Below are positions 53,178 to 61,479 of a stretch of DNA of 64,000 bases, one piece after another. Below the pieces are notes generated by a model. It saw only the letters and a list, made by a program, of their open reading frames with translations. It was not told where the DNA came from and did not search any database. The number at the start of each line of letters is the position of its first letter. Position 1 is the first letter of the stretch. Origin of the DNA: Rhodocyclales bacterium (GTDB taxonomy: Bacteria; Pseudomonadota; Gammaproteobacteria; Burkholderiales; Rhodocyclaceae); contig JACRIX010000078.1 of NCBI GenBank assembly GCA_016215645.1, positions 16,905-80,904 on the forward strand, given 5' to 3'. The position numbers were made by a program, and so were the translations under genes.

Positions 53178-54953
53178 ATGTCCCGCATCCCCCGCGATAT
53201 TCTGATCGGCTTCCTGCTGGTGTGCGCCGCCGGCTGGTTCCTGATGGGAACCCGTGCCCTGCGTTTTGCTGATCAGGCATTGTACGACGCGCAAATCCGC
53301 TGGCTGCGGGTCAACTCGCCGACGCCGCTGGCACAGGATGTGGTCGTCATCGGCATCGACGAGGCGGCCTTTGTCGCGATTCCGGAACCGACGGCGCTCT
53401 GGCACTCGCATCTCGGCGTGCTGCTGGCCGGGCTGTCGGCGGCGGAACCCACCGTGGTCGGCCTCGGAATCCCGCTGCCGGTGCGGTCCTACGATTTCCT
53501 GGTTCCCGATATCGATGCCACCCTGCTCTCCGGCATTTACCGGCTCAAGAGCGCGGTGCCGCTGGTGGTTGGCCAACCGCCGGGAATTGGCGGCAAACTG
53601 CGGCCGCTGGCGCCCGAACTGCTGGCCGCGATCGGCGAGAAGGACCTCGCATCCCTGGCGATCTGCGAGGATACCGATGGCGCCGTGCGCCGCATCAACC
53701 AGCGCCGCTGCCAGTCGGAGGACAAGCGCGACCCCTTGGCGCTGGCGATGGCCAAGCGTCTGGGGCGCCAAGGCTCACCGAGCGGGATGATCGATTACAG
53801 CGTCGGCGGCGCCATCGAATACACCCCGATACTTACCGTGCTGGGCTGGATACATCGCGGCGAGGACGACAATTTGCGCGCACTGGTCAAGGGGCGTGCC
53901 GTCGTGGTCGCCAATCTGCTGCCGACTGAAACACGCCATCGCCTGCCTGTGCAGTTGGCGGGCTGGGATCCGGGCAGCCGCACCGAGCCGGGTGCCGTGG
54001 TGCATATCCAGGCCTTGCGATCACTGCTGGCGCGCGGGCTGATCGAGCGCGCCCCGGAGAACCTTTCGCTGCTGCTGGCAGGCCTTGGCGCCTTGTTCTG
54101 GTTCGGTCGCGGCGGCTGGATCAAGGGCCTGGCACTAGCAGTGGCGCTGGGGTCGCTGTTGGTGCTTTCGACCTACGCCCTGTGGCAAGGCGATTACCTG
54201 CGCGTGGCGAACATCGTCATGATTGCGCTGCTGGCCTACGGCACGCGCCAGGCGTGGGATTTCATCCGTCATTTCCGCGAACGCCAGATGCTGCGCACCA
54301 TGTTCGCTGGCCACGTCAGTCCGCAGGTCATGCGCGCCTTGCTCGGCGGCGAACTGCAAGTCGAAGAAAACGGGCGCACACAGCCAGTCACCTTGTTGGC
54401 AATCGGAATTCGCGGATTTGCCGCGCGCGCGGCCCAGTCAACGCCGCAGGCAAGCATCAGCCTGCTCAACCGCTTTCATGCCGTGGCCAGCGTGTCCATC
54501 CAGACCAGCGGCGGTGCGGTGGACAAGTATGTCGGCGATGGCCTGACGGCGACTTTCGGACTGCCGCAGCCATTGGATGCGCCGCAGCGCAACGCACTGG
54601 AAGCCGCGCGCGACCTGCTGTTGCGGGTGGAGCGCTTGAACAAGGAATTGGCCGACGCGGGTATCGATCCGCTGCGGATCGGCATCGGCATCCACAGCGG
54701 TGACGTCCTCGCCGGCTACGTCGGCTCGACCCGGCGCCGAGAGTTTTCCGTGATTGGCGATTCCGTCGGCATTGCCAGCCGGCTCCAGGCGATGACCGGG
54801 GATCTCGGCCACCCGGTGCTGTGCACGCAAGCGGTGGCGGCGGCTGTCGGCTATGGCGGCGGCCTGGTCGAACTGGGCACGCCGCGCGCCGATGCACCGG
54901 CCGTATGGGGTTGGACCCCACCGCCTCTGGCACCCCAGGGAGCCGGGGAATGA
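53178..54953 (+). CDS. CHASE2-domain class III nucleotide cyclase, catalytically degenerate
   Basis: CHASE2 motifs (VVVIGIDE, DTDGAVRR, PGAVVH), 3 TM segments and a cyclase core (DKYVGDG, IGIGIHSG, VIGD). The first Asp and the catalytic Asn are both Gly. Confidence 0.85.
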   Translation: MSRIPRDILIGFLLVCAAGWFLMGTRALRFADQALYDAQIRWLRVNSPTPLAQDVVVIGIDEAAFVAIPEPTALWHSHLGVLLAGLSAAEPTVVGLGIPLPVRSYDFLVPDIDATLLSGIYRLKSAVPLVVGQPPGIGGKLRPLAPELLAAIGEKDLASLAICEDTDGAVRRINQRRCQSEDKRDPLALAMAKRLGRQGSPSGMIDYSVGGAIEYTPILTVLGWIHRGEDDNLRALVKGRAVVVANLLPTETRHRLPVQLAGWDPGSRTEPGAVVHIQALRSLLARGLIERAPENLSLLLAGLGALFWFGRGGWIKGLALAVALGSLLVLSTYALWQGDYLRVANIVMIALLAYGTRQAWDFIRHFRERQMLRTMFAGHVSPQVMRALLGGELQVEENGRTQPVTLLAIGIRGFAARAAQSTPQASISLLNRFHAVASVSIQTSGGAVDKYVGDGLTATFGLPQPLDAPQRNALEAARDLLLRVERLNKELADAGIDPLRIGIGIHSGDVLAGYVGSTRRREFSVIGDSVGIASRLQAMTGDLGHPVLCTQAVAAAVGYGGGLVELGTPRADAPAVWGWTPPPLAPQGAGE

Positions 54954-55702
54954 ATGCCGCAGTCGGGCGTGGACGCCTGGGTTCCTACCTTGCGCTGCTG
55001 TGGTTTGCAGGCAGTCGCCACCGCGAACTGGGCCGTCCGGTGCTGCGCACCCAGTTGCAGCGCCAGATCCATGCCGCTGGCATTGCCGCGCTGCCGATCA
55101 TCGTGATACTTGCAATGATCACTGGCGCGGCCGTCAGCACCCAGTTGGGCAACCTGATCGGGGTCGACAACGACCTGACCCAGCGCCTGATCTTCCTTGG
55201 CCTGTTCTTTGAACTGGCTCCCCTGCTGTCGGCCCTGGTCGTCGTGGCGCGCAGCAGCGCCAGCATTTCGTCCGAACTGGCGGTGATGAACCTGCACGAC
55301 GAATTCACTGCCCTGCGCCGGCTGGGCGTGCCGCCGGCGGACTTCCTGCTGCTGCCGCGCATCTTCGGCCTGGCGATCGCACTGCCCGCTGTCACCGCGG
55401 TGTTCCAGGCCGGTGCCATCGCCAGCGGCTGGCTGGCCTCCTCCCTGATCGATGGCCGGCCGCTGCTCGAAACGGCGAGCCATTTTCTCGACGTAGCCAA
55501 CCCGTGGCTGGTCGTACTGAGCCTGGCCAAGAGCACACTGACCGGAGCCGTGATCGGCATCATTGCCTGCCATCAGGGCAGCAGTGGCGAAGCCTCGGCG
55601 CAGGCAATCTCGGACGCCGCGATCAAGTCCGTCGGCGCCTGCCTGGTCGCGGTCTTCGTCATCGACGTGGCAACGGCGGCATTGGTCTGGGCACTGAAAT
55701 GA
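54950..55702 (+). CDS. MlaE-family ABC permease
   Basis: ELAPLLSALVVVARSSASISSELAVM...EFTALRRLGV...LLLPR. Confidence 0.9.
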   Translation: MNAAVGRGRLGSYLALLWFAGSRHRELGRPVLRTQLQRQIHAAGIAALPIIVILAMITGAAVSTQLGNLIGVDNDLTQRLIFLGLFFELAPLLSALVVVARSSASISSELAVMNLHDEFTALRRLGVPPADFLLLPRIFGLAIALPAVTAVFQAGAIASGWLASSLIDGRPLLETASHFLDVANPWLVVLSLAKSTLTGAVIGIIACHQGSSGEASAQAISDAAIKSVGACLVAVFVIDVATAALVWALK

Positions 55703-56313
55703 ACTCCACCCTGGTCGCGTCGATCGATGCCCGGCGCCTGGTGCTGCGCGCCGGCGACGCGCCCTGCCTGGATTTGGCGCTGGACGAGGGCGGTCGCCAT
55801 CGCCTCGTGGTCGAGGACGTTGCCGACGCACGCCGTGCGGTGGCGAGCCTCGAATCCTGCCCCGGCGTCGGCGTGCTGACCGCCATGGGCAGCCTGCCCG
55901 GCGCCATGACAGTGGCCGAGAGCCTGGCCCTCGCGCTGCGCTACGGACAGGACGACATCGATGCGACCGATGACGCGCAGGAGATGGAAGCCGCCTTGCA
56001 ACTCTGCGGCCTGACGCTGCAGCGCATCGCCACGCTGGGCGCGGAACAGCCGATGAAGCTGGGGCGCATGGAGCGCTGGACCATCGGCCTCGCGCGCTGG
56101 GTGTTGCGCCCCCCCGAACTGCTGGTCATCGACCGGCTGTTCGCCGGCCTGACGCGGCGCGAGGCGGTGGCGCTCACCACCACCCAGGCCATCTATCATC
56201 GCCGCCATCCATTTCGCACCGCGCTCTTCGTCGATCTCGACAGCCACGAATTGCCTGAGCTGCCTGACTGCCGCAGCGTGACCCATCTCGCGGAGGCCGC
56301 ATGTCCCTGCTGA
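55699..56313 (+). CDS. Degenerate ABC ATPase-fold protein in the MlaF position
   Basis: Keeps MTVAESLALAL and LARWVLRPPELLVIDRLFAGL but has no Walker A or LSGGQ. ATGA overlap with the permease. Confidence 0.7.
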   Translation: MNSTLVASIDARRLVLRAGDAPCLDLALDEGGRHRLVVEDVADARRAVASLESCPGVGVLTAMGSLPGAMTVAESLALALRYGQDDIDATDDAQEMEAALQLCGLTLQRIATLGAEQPMKLGRMERWTIGLARWVLRPPELLVIDRLFAGLTRREAVALTTTQAIYHRRHPFRTALFVDLDSHELPELPDCRSVTHLAEAACPC

Positions 56314-57239
56314 CCCAATACGACGCCGACGCCCGCTCCGTGAGACGCGCGACGCGGCGCTTCCTGTTGATCGCCGTGCTGCTTGCGCTCGCCCTGATCG
56401 CGGCGATCTTTGTCCGCCAGGGGCTGCTGCGCCAGACGGTCAGCTTCAGCTTCGTCGCCGACAGCGCGCAGGACATCGCCAAGGGCCAGGCGGTTCGCAT
56501 CGCCGGTTTCCGTGTCGGCGCCGTGACTGAAGTCAGTTTGCGCGACGACGGATCGGTGGCGGTGAACCTGGAAGTCGATGCCGACCACGCGCGCTTTGTC
56601 ACCCACGACGCGCGCATCGAGCTGCGCAAGGAAGGCCTGGTCGGCTCGCCGACACTGGAAATCGTGCCGGGGCCGGACAAGACGCGGCTGGCGTCGGCGC
56701 AGGCGCGGCTTGCCTTTTCGCGCGCCGACGGCCTTGGCGCGCTGGCCAACCAGGTGCGCGACGAGTTCATCCCCATTCTCAAGGACATCAAGGCGATCAC
56801 CGGTGCGCTGGCTGATCCGCAGAAGGGTTTGCCGGGAACCCTGGCACAAATCCGCGCCAGTTCCGAGGCACTGAATACTCTGCTGGCAAACGGGAATCGG
56901 CAGGTGGATGGCATAGGCGGCACGGCGATCCGCGTGCTGGGCAAAGCCGAGGAAGACTTGAAGCACCTCGGGCAGACGATGGAAGCCGTCAATCAGCGCC
57001 TGCCGGGCATGCTCGACCGGACCCAGCAGGTGCTCAATCACGTCGAAAAAATCACTGCCGAAGCCGAGACCAGCGTACCGCCGGTGCTGCGCGATGGCAG
57101 TGCAGTGGCGGCCGATGTGCGCGAGATCGTCAGTGGCGCCAGGCAGACCTGGCCGATCAGCAGCATGGTCGACGCGCCGGGGCCCTCCACGCTGAAGCCG
57201 GACAGCGATCCACGTGGGGAGGCAGGCCGTGCGCGCTGA
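56301..57239 (+). CDS. MlaD/MCE-domain protein with long helical extension
   Basis: N-terminal TM, GQAVRIAGFRVGAV and EGLVGSPTLEIVPG. Confidence 0.9.
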   Translation: MSLLTQYDADARSVRRATRRFLLIAVLLALALIAAIFVRQGLLRQTVSFSFVADSAQDIAKGQAVRIAGFRVGAVTEVSLRDDGSVAVNLEVDADHARFVTHDARIELRKEGLVGSPTLEIVPGPDKTRLASAQARLAFSRADGLGALANQVRDEFIPILKDIKAITGALADPQKGLPGTLAQIRASSEALNTLLANGNRQVDGIGGTAIRVLGKAEEDLKHLGQTMEAVNQRLPGMLDRTQQVLNHVEKITAEAETSVPPVLRDGSAVAADVREIVSGARQTWPISSMVDAPGPSTLKPDSDPRGEAGRAR

Positions 57240-58089
57240 ATGGCTTTTCGCGTCGATCATCTTCCTTGGTGCCTGCGGTTCGACACCGAAGCCGGTTGAC
57301 CCACCGCGCCTCAAGGCGGCGCTGGAAGCCGAAAGCGATGGCGCCAAGCGCTACCGGCGCGGCGACTATGTCGTGGCCGAACGTCGCTTCGCCGACGCCA
57401 TGCGGCAATTCGCCAGCATTGACGACAGCATCGGCAGCACGCGCAATCGACTCCACCTGGCGCGCACGCACCTGGCGCAGGGACGTGCGGAAGCCGCGCT
57501 GGATTTGCTCGGAGCAGTGAGTGAAGACGCGGCAGGGGATATCGATGCGCTGCTGTTGCGCAGTCAGGCACTGCTGGCGCTGGCGCATCGTTCGCAGGCG
57601 GAACTGGTATTGGCCACCGCGGAACGGTCGTGCGCCGCCAAATGTCCGCAGTTGCCGAGCCTGAAGATCCTGCAGGCACGCGCCGCCCTTGCCGATGGCC
57701 GTGCCGCCGAGGCGCGAGGGTTTGCCGAGACGGCGATCACGCTGCTGGGCGAGAAGGACCAATCGGCGGAGGCCGCCAACGCCTGGCGGCTGACGGCAGC
57801 CGCGCGCCTCGCCGCCGGTGACGCCGCTGGCGGATTGACATCGGCGCACGCCGCATTGGATATCGATCGTCGCCTGGCCCTGCCGGAAAAAATCGCGCGC
57901 GACTGGCTGCTGATCGGCGACCTGCATCGCCATGCCATGCGCAATCAGGTTCCCGGGGCGGCGGGTGAGGCCGCTGCGGCATACTCGCGTGCGCTTGATG
58001 TGGCGCATGCCGCCGGACTTGCGGAAATCACCCCATTGGCCAAGCAGGCATTGCTGGATCTCGGCGACGGAAAAATTCCTGTCAAATGA
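57229..58089 (+). CDS. TPR-repeat lipoprotein
   Basis: Lipobox FLGA-C followed by Ala-rich TPR-like repeats. GTG start overlaps the MCE gene. Confidence 0.75.
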   Translation: MRAEWLFASIIFLGACGSTPKPVDPPRLKAALEAESDGAKRYRRGDYVVAERRFADAMRQFASIDDSIGSTRNRLHLARTHLAQGRAEAALDLLGAVSEDAAGDIDALLLRSQALLALAHRSQAELVLATAERSCAAKCPQLPSLKILQARAALADGRAAEARGFAETAITLLGEKDQSAEAANAWRLTAAARLAAGDAAGGLTSAHAALDIDRRLALPEKIARDWLLIGDLHRHAMRNQVPGAAGEAAAAYSRALDVAHAAGLAEITPLAKQALLDLGDGKIPVK

Positions 58090-58158
58090 CTACCCCATTC
58101 GGCATATTTGGGTTTATGCTTCATGCCTGATTCACCCCCCCCCTCAAAGGAGCAAACC

Positions 58159-58377
58159 ATGGCACGTAAAAAGAAACTCGATTTTTCCGATATCGCAACC
58201 GCACGCAAGAAGCTCAACCTGAACCAGAAGGATTTCTGGACACGCTATGGCGTGACCCAGTCCGGTGGTTCGCGCTATGAATCCGGACGCAACATCCCCA
58301 AACCCCTCGCGATCCTGCTCTGGCTGCATCAGAGCGGCAAGGTCAGCGACAAGGATCTGGCTGACGCACAGAAGTAA
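58159..58377 (+). CDS. RsaL-like small HTH regulator
   Basis: NQKDFWTRYGVTQSGGSRYESGRNIPKP...GKVSDKDL parallels Pseudomonas RsaL as I remember it; SD aaggag. Confidence 0.8.
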   Translation: MARKKKLDFSDIATARKKLNLNQKDFWTRYGVTQSGGSRYESGRNIPKPLAILLWLHQSGKVSDKDLADAQK

Positions 58378-58605
58378 TCCGTAGTGCATGGAGGCAAGCG
58401 GCGTGGAGGAGGGATGGAACTTCCGTGACTGAATCCGCCCGTGGAGCGGTCCACGAGCGGCAGCGCGCTCACATGGGCGGCATCCATGTACGCGCTGAAT
58501 GAAGTTTCACTGCGCCGCCTGCACATCCATTGGACTGACGCCGTCGCTGCCGTGCAGCGGCGCGTTGTCCATGATGGTTGTGCGCCGGAACATCGACGAC
58601 AAATC

Positions 58606-59088
58606 ATGAAGAAACACGGCGCTGCCGAACCCGCGCGCGAATTCGAGCCTGAATTCGTCGCCGGCCTGAAGAACATCTTCGAAGAAATGATCGCCTTCAA
58701 CCAGGTGCTCGGCCTGAAGATCACCTCGATCAGGCCCGATCGTGTTTCGGGTGCCATCGCCATGCGTCCCGAACTGGTAGGCAGCCCCAACCGCCTGCAT
58801 GGCGGCGTTATCAGCGCTTGCCTCGATGCCCTGGGCGGCCTGGCGGTGATGGCGGCGATGGGCGCCCGCCACATGGATGAAGCGCCGGCCCAGCGCCTAC
58901 ACCGCTTCGGCAAGCTGGGCACCATCGACTTGCGCATCGACTACCTGCGCCCCGGCGTCGGCGATCACTTTCTGCTGAATGCCGAAGTCCTGCGCCTGGG
59001 TTCGCGAGTCGCGTCCACCCGCATGGAGTTCCTTGGCGCCGACGGCAAATTGCTGTCGACCGGCGCCGGTGCCTACATCGTTTCCTGA
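58606..59088 (+). CDS. PaaI/YigI-family hotdog thioesterase
   Basis: LHGGVISACLD and GTIDLRIDYLRPG. Confidence 0.9.
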   Translation: MKKHGAAEPAREFEPEFVAGLKNIFEEMIAFNQVLGLKITSIRPDRVSGAIAMRPELVGSPNRLHGGVISACLDALGGLAVMAAMGARHMDEAPAQRLHRFGKLGTIDLRIDYLRPGVGDHFLLNAEVLRLGSRVASTRMEFLGADGKLLSTGAGAYIVS

Positions 59089-59095
59089 GCGTTGC

Positions 59096-60880
59096 TTATT
59101 GGCGGGCCCAGGATCGGTAGGCCGCCAGCTCCATGGTCTCGTACAGCGAGTTGACATGTGCCTCGGTCATGGGATGGCGGCCCTTGACAGACTGACGGAC
59201 CATGCGCTTGTGTTCCTTCGAATACCAGACTGACATGTCCAGGGTCGCGTCGCCGTAATCCGTGGTGAAAATGACCGTGATCTGCAGTTTCCTGGTGTCA
59301 TAGCTTCCGGCGGGAACCTTGATTTTCTCGTCGCCGACGACCGCCATTTTCGACACACGACAGCCTGTGACAAAAGCCAGCTGCGTACAGCGGGAAGGGT
59401 TGATGATCGCCAGGCTGTCAAGCTTGTCGCCGGACCAGCTTGGCGCGAACAACATCACCGAGTCGGTTGGAATGCCGACCAGCCGCGGCTGGTTGTCAAA
59501 GACCCATTCAACCTGCGGGCGGCCGCCAAGGACGAATTCCTCCAGTACTCCCGCTCCGGGAACGATTGCCTTGACGCGTTCGATCAGGGTTTGCTGCTTG
59601 CCGTAAATGTCGGTGGCGACGTATTCCCATTCGTCACCCGCTGCTTCGGCTTTGGTCGCATCCAGGGCGGCCGCGGGCTTCGCGCCGGCGCTGGGGTGGG
59701 CCAAAGCCAGGCTCAATGCGGCGGGCTCGCGACCCCCGGCTGCCGTGGCAGGACGTCCGCCCGCTTGCTGCGCTGCGCGCTCGGCCTCGGCGCCGGCGAG
59801 CTTCTGCTTGTCGAGCGCGTCCTTGAGCATCTTCTCCATTGACTTCTGGAGGTCGTCGCGCTCGCGTGCCGCCTGTTCATTGCTGCGTCGGAGCGCCTCC
59901 GCAACCGCGCTTTCGCCGGCCTGCTTTTGGGCCTTTACGGCCTCGGCAACGGCACGCTCACTGGCCTCTTGCAGTGCCTTGATCGATTTCTGTAGTTCGG
60001 CCTTTTCTCTTTCGCCCTGTTCGGTGGCCCGGCGGGTTGCTTCCATGACCGCTTGTTCAACCGCTTCCCGCGACAGTTTGGAGGCATCGTCGGGATCGGG
60101 CGGCTTGAAGTAGAAATCGCCGTCGAGCGAACCGTAGCGCCAAGGTTCCTGCTGGCTGTTGGTCATCTGCTTTACGTTCTGCTGCACCCGACGCAGCATC
60201 TGCTCGATCTCGACCCCGCCTGGGTTTTCCAATGCCGACAGCAGTGCCGCGGTATAGGGACTGTGCTTGCCTTCACCATCGGCGGCGGTGTTGCCGTGCT
60301 TGGTCGCAAACGAAATCAGGGTACCCGTGGCTTCAACCGGTGCCGCCATGCCGCGCGAACCCCCCCGGCTGAAACTGCGGGATAGCGGGTTGTCGCGGCA
60401 GGCGTCGAAGAACACCAGCTTGACCCTGGCCGCACCCATGTCATCGATGACATCGTCCATCTTGACCATGTCCCGCTTCAAATCGCGTTCCGTCCTCGGG
60501 TTGGCGTCGATCGGAACCAGATAGTTGCTACCGGCGACTTGTATCCCGTGTCCTGCATAGAACAGGGCAACGACGCTTGCACTGTCTGCCCTGGCGCTCA
60601 ATCGACGAAAGATCCCATCCATCTCCGACTTGCTTGCGTCGAGCTTCATTTCGACATCGAAACCCAGCTTGCGGAACGACTCGGCAATCTGGGTCGCGTC
60701 ATTTCGCGGATTGGCAAGCGAGCCGGACGGGTATCGGCTGTTGCCGATCACGACGGCGACCCTGGCCGGCGTGCCCGCGCTGGCGGACAACGCGGACGCC
60801 GCCTGTGCGCTGCAGGTCTGGGTGCAGAGCAGGCATTGAATGCCAAGCAGGAGTCGGAACAGGGTCCGCAAAAGTTTCAT
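59096..60880 (-). CDS. Caspase-family (peptidase C14) protein with signal peptide, coiled coil and C-terminal beta domain
   Basis: AVVIGNSRY, LANPRNDA, FYAGHG (His), DACRDNP (Cys) and HSPYT. Confidence 0.9.
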   Translation of the reverse strand: MKLLRTLFRLLLGIQCLLCTQTCSAQAASALSASAGTPARVAVVIGNSRYPSGSLANPRNDATQIAESFRKLGFDVEMKLDASKSEMDGIFRRLSARADSASVVALFYAGHGIQVAGSNYLVPIDANPRTERDLKRDMVKMDDVIDDMGAARVKLVFFDACRDNPLSRSFSRGGSRGMAAPVEATGTLISFATKHGNTAADGEGKHSPYTAALLSALENPGGVEIEQMLRRVQQNVKQMTNSQQEPWRYGSLDGDFYFKPPDPDDASKLSREAVEQAVMEATRRATEQGEREKAELQKSIKALQEASERAVAEAVKAQKQAGESAVAEALRRSNEQAARERDDLQKSMEKMLKDALDKQKLAGAEAERAAQQAGGRPATAAGGREPAALSLALAHPSAGAKPAAALDATKAEAAGDEWEYVATDIYGKQQTLIERVKAIVPGAGVLEEFVLGGRPQVEWVFDNQPRLVGIPTDSVMLFAPSWSGDKLDSLAIINPSRCTQLAFVTGCRVSKMAVVGDEKIKVPAGSYDTRKLQITVIFTTDYGDATLDMSVWYSKEHKRMVRQSVKGRHPMTEAHVNSLYETMELAAYRSWARQ

Positions 60881-60999
60881 CGGCTTGTCTGGTCCCTGAA
60901 ACAGCGGTAGAGGAAATACTACTCCAATTGCTGTCGTTGTGTTTTGCCTCTCCGATCCGTCCCGGGTCCGGGACGGATTGATGGCGCAATGCCTCTGGT

Positions 61000-61479
61000 T
61001 CAGGGTATTTGGACGAGTTCTGCCTTGAGCTTGGCAAGATACCCTGCTGCGGAATCACCGCCTTCAGCCGGCGCCCAAGGCGCCCTTTCCTCGGATGTGA
61101 GCGGCAGATAGGGGCCTGCCTTGGCTTCGAGGAAGACGGTGTTGTCTTCCAGCGCAATTGCCGTGTGCCAGGTGCCGTAGGCGACATCGACGCCGATCGC
61201 CGTAGTGCCAGCGCCGACTCTTACCAGGCGGACAATCTTTCCGGCGTCATCGAACAGCACCAGGCCCAGAAGGCCGCGCAGGACGACATAGGTTTCGTCC
61301 TTGTTCGGGTCGAGATGCCGGTGCGGCGGAATATAGGTGTCGGCCATCAAGGCATTCAGCAGCCGGTGCCCCGGGTGTTCGTCGCGCGGATGAAAGTTGC
61401 GGTTCTTGCGCCGGCGCGGGCTGGCGGCGGCTTCGGCGCAGACCTCGTCGAGCAGCGTGTCATCGATCAGCGTGATCAT
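61000..61479 (-). CDS. WbuC-family cupin-fold metalloprotein
   Basis: SPRRRKNRNFH, YIPPHRH, WHT and EAKAGPY. Confidence 0.88.
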   Translation of the reverse strand: MITLIDDTLLDEVCAEAAASPRRRKNRNFHPRDEHPGHRLLNALMADTYIPPHRHLDPNKDETYVVLRGLLGLVLFDDAGKIVRLVRVGAGTTAIGVDVAYGTWHTAIALEDNTVFLEAKAGPYLPLTSEERAPWAPAEGGDSAAGYLAKLKAELVQIP

